From: Octopus vulgaris
Lineage: Eukaryota
Direction of reading: 5' to 3'
DNA length: 64,000 nucleotides
Assembly (NCBI GenBank): GCA_951406725.2
Contig: OX597815.1
Location: forward strand, 173,786,001-173,850,000
Below, one piece after another: positions 63,497 to 64,000 of this stretch. Both the position numbers and the translations under genes were made by a program. The notes under the pieces were generated by a model, which was given only the letters and a program-made list of their open reading frames with translations, searched no databases and was not told where the DNA came from. Each line of letters starts with the position of its first letter. Position 1 is the stretch's first letter.

Positions 63497-63905
63497 TCAT
63501 CATCATCGTCGTCATCATTGTTGTTTGAAGTTCGCTTTCCATGCTGGCATGGGTTGGGCAGTTTGACTGAGGGCTGGCAAGCCAGAAGCCTGTAACCAGG
63601 CTCCAATCCAATCTGGCGAAGTTTCTAAAGCTGGATGCCCTTCCTATTGCCAACCACTCCGAGAGTGTAGTGGGTGCTTTTTACATGCCACCAGCATGAG
63701 GGCCAGTCAGGTGGTACTGGCATCGACCACGCTTAAATGGTGCTTTTTACGTGCCCAATGATTGAAAGGTACTCTTAAATGGGCTGGTTATGCTGCACTG
63801 GCATAGGCCATGGTTACAGTCTCACTTGGTTTGCCGGGTCTTCTCAAGTACAGCAGACCTCCAAAAGTCTGTCACTTGTTATCACCTTGGTGAGGCCCAA
63901 TGTTC
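63497..63905 (-). mobile_element. SINE family C, longer copy
   Basis: catcatcatcgtcgtc...cgctttccatgctggcatgggttgg...gctggatgcccttcctattgccaaccactccgagagtgtag. Confidence 0.8.
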
Positions 63906-63917
63906 AAAATATGTATG

Positions 63918-63957
<40 letters not shown>

Positions 63958-64000
63958 TTTAGGTGTTTAAAAATGAGAGAGAGGGAGGGGGCACTCACCC

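Noticed and set aside
50846-64000. First or upstream dystrophin exon
   Set aside because: Expected to be short and unconserved. No candidate can be supported without transcript data.

Overview
AT-rich, microsatellite- and transposon-dense animal DNA. The SINE families look like those of Octopus (cephalopod); this is recalled similarity, not a database search. The only host coding sequence I can support is two short minus-strand exons of a dystrophin/utrophin-like gene: 62 nt at 50845-50784 (xEREDIQKKTFTKWINSQLSK) and 93 nt at 5704-5612 ([31 protein letters not shown]). They splice in frame across a 45,079-nt GT-AG intron and encode part of the N-terminal calponin-homology (CH1) actin-binding domain. 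Their sizes and phases match vertebrate DMD exons 2 and 3. The rest of the window appears intronic. It holds two young 5'-truncated CR1-type LINEs with open RT frames, decayed RTE, Vingi-like, L2/Crack-like, Gypsy, Helitron, mariner and maT relics, piggyBac-type MITEs and many SINEs. Most ORFs in the track are spurious or TE-derived. I found no convincing new multi-gene system. The most interesting structures are a cluster of long fold-back hairpins at 55.7-59.1 kb (candidate dsRNA/ADAR substrates in the pre-mRNA), a perfect 41-bp snap-back duplication in a SINE, and a 67-bp locally templated copy 4 kb from its source. TE boundaries are approximate unless stated otherwise.
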